Below are positions 61,257 to 64,000 of a stretch of 64,000 bases of DNA, in pieces. The stretch lies in assembly GCA_046351455.1 (NCBI GenBank), contig JAXLYM010000003.1, positions 152,364-216,363 on the forward strand, in the 5' to 3' direction. The translations under genes were made by a program, and so were the position numbers. The DNA is from Polyangiaceae bacterium. Lineage in GTDB: Bacteria > Myxococcota_A > Polyangia > Polyangiales > Polyangiaceae. The notes under the pieces were generated by a model. That model saw nothing but the letters and a program-made list of their open reading frames with translations. It was not told the DNA's origin and did no database searches. The first letter of the stretch is position 1. Every line of letters starts with the position of its first letter.

Positions 61257-62099
61257 ATGAACCTCCGCCCCTTCGTCGCCGCCGCCTTCGTCGTCCTCGT
61301 GCCCGCCGCGATCACCGGCTGCCCCGACGCCGAGATGACCACCGCCGAAGCCGGACAGGCCCTCGAAGAGTCCGGCTCGGAAGCGCAGGCCTCGGCCGCG
61401 GTCAACACCACCATCGACATCACCACCAACTTCACGATCGGCCAGGCCGTCGAGAAGGCCGCGGACGAGCTCAAGACCTTCGTCCAGACGCAGCTCCCGT
61501 GCGCCGAAGTGACGGTCGCGAACCACACGCTGACGATCGAATACGGCGTGAACCCCGGCAACTGCACGTACAAGGGCCAGACGTATACAGGCACGCACAC
61601 GGTCACCATCTCGAAGGACGACGCCGGCGAGGTCGTGGTGGAGCACACCTGGGACAAGCTCCAGAACCAGCGCGTCAGCGTGTCCGGCACCGCCACCGTG
61701 ACGTGGAACCTGCAGGATCCGTCGCGCCATGTCGTGCACGACCTCACGTGGACGCGCCTTTTGGATGGGCGCACCGGCGAGGGGACCGGCGACGTCGTGC
61801 AGAAGCCGCTCGCGGCGGGGCTCAAAGAGGGCATCTCCGTGGACGGAGAGCGCCAGTGGAGCGGCCAGAAGGGTGACTGGGACCTCGCCATCAACAACGT
61901 GGAGATGCGCTGGGCCGACCCGATCCCGCAGGCCGGCTCCTACGAGCTCACGAACCCGGCCGGGAAGACCGCCACGCTGACGTTCACGCGCGTGGACGCG
62001 GACACGATCGAGGCCGATCTCGTGACCGGGAAGAAGACGTACAAGTTCCTCGTGAGCAAGGACGGCTCCGTCCAGGCCGACGGCGCCAACGGCTCCTAG
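61257..62099 (+). CDS. lipoprotein of unknown function
   Basis: MNLRPFVAAAFVVLVPAAITGC lipobox. 280 aa. Confidence 0.7.
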   Translation: MNLRPFVAAAFVVLVPAAITGCPDAEMTTAEAGQALEESGSEAQASAAVNTTIDITTNFTIGQAVEKAADELKTFVQTQLPCAEVTVANHTLTIEYGVNPGNCTYKGQTYTGTHTVTISKDDAGEVVVEHTWDKLQNQRVSVSGTATVTWNLQDPSRHVVHDLTWTRLLDGRTGEGTGDVVQKPLAAGLKEGISVDGERQWSGQKGDWDLAINNVEMRWADPIPQAGSYELTNPAGKTATLTFTRVDADTIEADLVTGKKTYKFLVSKDGSVQADGANGS

Positions 62100-62180
62100 T
62101 AGCTCCTGGCGCAAACATCTCGGGCGCGCCGCTGACAACGCTCTTGCGGCGCGCGGGGCACCTCGGCATTTTGCCCCGCC

Positions 62181-64000
62181 ATGTCGTCCGCACGAACACT
62201 GGGTTTGCTCCTCGGCCTCGGGAGCACGGCGATCGCCTGTGGTCCCGCCACGCCGGATCCTGCCGCGCCCGCGAAGGGCACCACCGTCGCCACCGCGTCG
62301 CCGACCGCGAACGCCGCGACCTGCGCCGAGGGCAAAGGCGAGTGCGACGGCGACGCCAAGACCTCGTGCGAGACGGACCTCACGTCCTCGACGGCGAACT
62401 GCGGCGCGTGCGGGAACGCGTGCGCGGCCGGTCAGAGCTGCGTCGCGGGCGGGTGCCGCGCGGGCCAGTCGATCTCCGCGAGCGGCGCGGACACGTGCGT
62501 CGTCTCCGGCGGCCACGTGATGTGCTGGGGCGACAACTCGTACGGCCTCATCGCGCGCGGATCCAAGGGCGCGAAGGCCACGCCGGTGAAGATCGCGGGC
62601 ATCGACAACGCCGCGCTCGTGCGCGCCGGATCGCGCGTCGGGTGCGCCGTCACGACCGAAGGCAAGGTGCAGTGCTTCCACGAAGGCGAGGCGCACGAGC
62701 TGCCCCTCGTGAGCGACGTCGTGGACCTCGCGATGCAGGACTCGACGGTGATCCTCGTGCACAAGGACGGCAAGGTCGGCGCCGTCGACGTCGGCGACAG
62801 CGGCCGCGATCTGCGCCCCGCGGAGCTGCCGCCCGGCGTGAAGGAGGCGTCGCAGGTCGTCGCCTCGCCGTACCACGCGTGCGCGCTGCTGAAGAGCGGC
62901 GAGGTCGCGTGCTGGGGTGACCCCGCGTACACCGGCCAGGGCAAGGACGTCAGCAACCTCGACTGGAACGTGCGCGAGGAGATGGGCAAGAAGGTCACGC
63001 GCGTGAAGGACATCAAGGACGCGGTGCAGCTCTCCGCGTCCGGCACGCACACGTGCGCCGTCCGCAAGACGAAGCAGATCATGTGCTGGGGCTCCAACTG
63101 GTCGGGGGAGCTCGGCGACGGCAGCAGCGATCATCGGTACGCGCCGGTGGCCGTGCAGCTCCTCGACGACGCGGTGGAGGTGGCGACCGGCTACCACCAC
63201 TCGTGCGCCCGGCGCGCGGGCGGCAAGGTCGTGTGCTGGGGCGAGGGCGCCTCCGGGCAGCTCGGCGGCGGCGTCTCCGGGCAGCGCGGCATGATCGAGG
63301 TGCAGGGCATCGCCGACGCGACGGCGATCACCGCGGGCGACGAGGTGTCGTGCGCGGCGCGCGCGGCGGGCGGCGTGTCGTGCTGGGGCGCGGCGTCGCG
63401 CGGGCGGCTCGGCAACGGCACCGTGTCGGACTACACGACGCCGCAGCCGGTGAAGGGGATCGCGGGGGCCACGGCGCTCGCGCTCGGCGACCGGATTTCG
63501 TGCGCGATCGACGGGACGAAGCACCTGTCGTGCTGGGGCCTCCCGAGCACGTTCGAGGTGGAGCCGGGCACGCGCGCCGACGCGCCGAAGCCGGTGGCCC
63601 TCGGCGAGGTCGAGAGCGTCACCGCGCGCGACTCGTTCCTCTGCGCGACGGAAAAATCGGGCGACGTCTCGTGCGAGTCCACCTACAAATTCCTGAAGAG
63701 CCCGCAGAAGCAGGCGCTCGGCAAGGTGAAGTTCGTGCGCGGCGGCACCTCGCAGGGGATCGCGCTCACGCCGAGCGGACAGGCGGTCCTGTGGGCGCGC
63801 AACTGGGAGAAGCCGGGCGAGGTCTTCAAGATGAACCTCTCCGGCCTCACCGACGTGTCGTCCGTCGCGATCGACTCGTCGGCGGTGTGCGGCGTGAAGA
63901 AGAGCGGCAAGGTCGGGTGCGTCGGCCTCAGCTACCGCTCGTTCGAGAAGAAGGATCCGATCAAGCCGACAGGCATGATCGAGGTGCCGGGCCTCACGGA
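62181..64000 (+). CDS. RCC1 (regulator of chromosome condensation)-repeat lipoprotein, 3'-partial at window end
   Basis: ATG at 62181 with lipobox LGSTAIAC. Frame open to the window end. Repeated CWG(D/S)N..GQLG-type blades (VMCWGDNSYG, VACWGDPAYTGQG, IMCWGSNWSGELGDG, VVCWGEGASGQLGGG, VSCWGAASRGRLGNG). Not in the supplied ORF track because it has no stop. Confidence 0.8.
   Translation, partial: MSSARTLGLLLGLGSTAIACGPATPDPAAPAKGTTVATASPTANAATCAEGKGECDGDAKTSCETDLTSSTANCGACGNACAAGQSCVAGGCRAGQSISASGADTCVVSGGHVMCWGDNSYGLIARGSKGAKATPVKIAGIDNAALVRAGSRVGCAVTTEGKVQCFHEGEAHELPLVSDVVDLAMQDSTVILVHKDGKVGAVDVGDSGRDLRPAELPPGVKEASQVVASPYHACALLKSGEVACWGDPAYTGQGKDVSNLDWNVREEMGKKVTRVKDIKDAVQLSASGTHTCAVRKTKQIMCWGSNWSGELGDGSSDHRYAPVAVQLLDDAVEVATGYHHSCARRAGGKVVCWGEGASGQLGGGVSGQRGMIEVQGIADATAITAGDEVSCAARAAGGVSCWGAASRGRLGNGTVSDYTTPQPVKGIAGATALALGDRISCAIDGTKHLSCWGLPSTFEVEPGTRADAPKPVALGEVESVTARDSFLCATEKSGDVSCESTYKFLKSPQKQALGKVKFVRGGTSQGIALTPSGQAVLWARNWEKPGEVFKMNLSGLTDVSSVAIDSSAVCGVKKSGKVGCVGLSYRSFEKKDPIKPTGMIEVPGLT

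Overview
High-GC (~70%) bacterial chromosome segment with strong Myxococcota (Polyangia-type) character: two eukaryotic-like Ser/Thr kinases, many lipoproteins with Gly/Thr-rich linkers, a MYXO-CTERM sorting signal, RCC1-repeat, HEAT/discoidin, Kazal and TPR proteins. Recognisable core genes are a porGDAB-type 2-oxoacid:ferredoxin oxidoreductase operon, a fadD-like acyl-CoA ligase, aspS, clpS-clpA, mazG, miaA, mutL, an RpoH-like sigma factor, a yeaH-spoVR stress module, a His-kinase/OmpR pair and a DUF4388 response regulator. No rRNA, tRNA or CRISPR was seen. Three things stand out. First, a ~1.6 kb low-GC island at the left edge encodes a P-loop NTPase whose frame is open to nt 1, so it may continue upstream; it is a candidate horizontally acquired defence or abortive-infection gene. 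Second, an orphan PAAR-domain protein is fused to a snapalysin-like HExxHxxGxxD metalloprotease domain, with a tightly linked small ORF that fits an effector/immunity pair. Third, the PFOR operon carries gamma and delta subunits fused around a glutamate-synthase-small-subunit (GltD)-like NAD(P)H flavoprotein domain. A family of GC-rich intergenic hairpin repeats (4 copies) and a CTGTCATC direct-repeat array upstream of a lipoprotein gene were also found. Many long ORFs in the six-frame track are antisense artefacts of the high GC content and were rejected.
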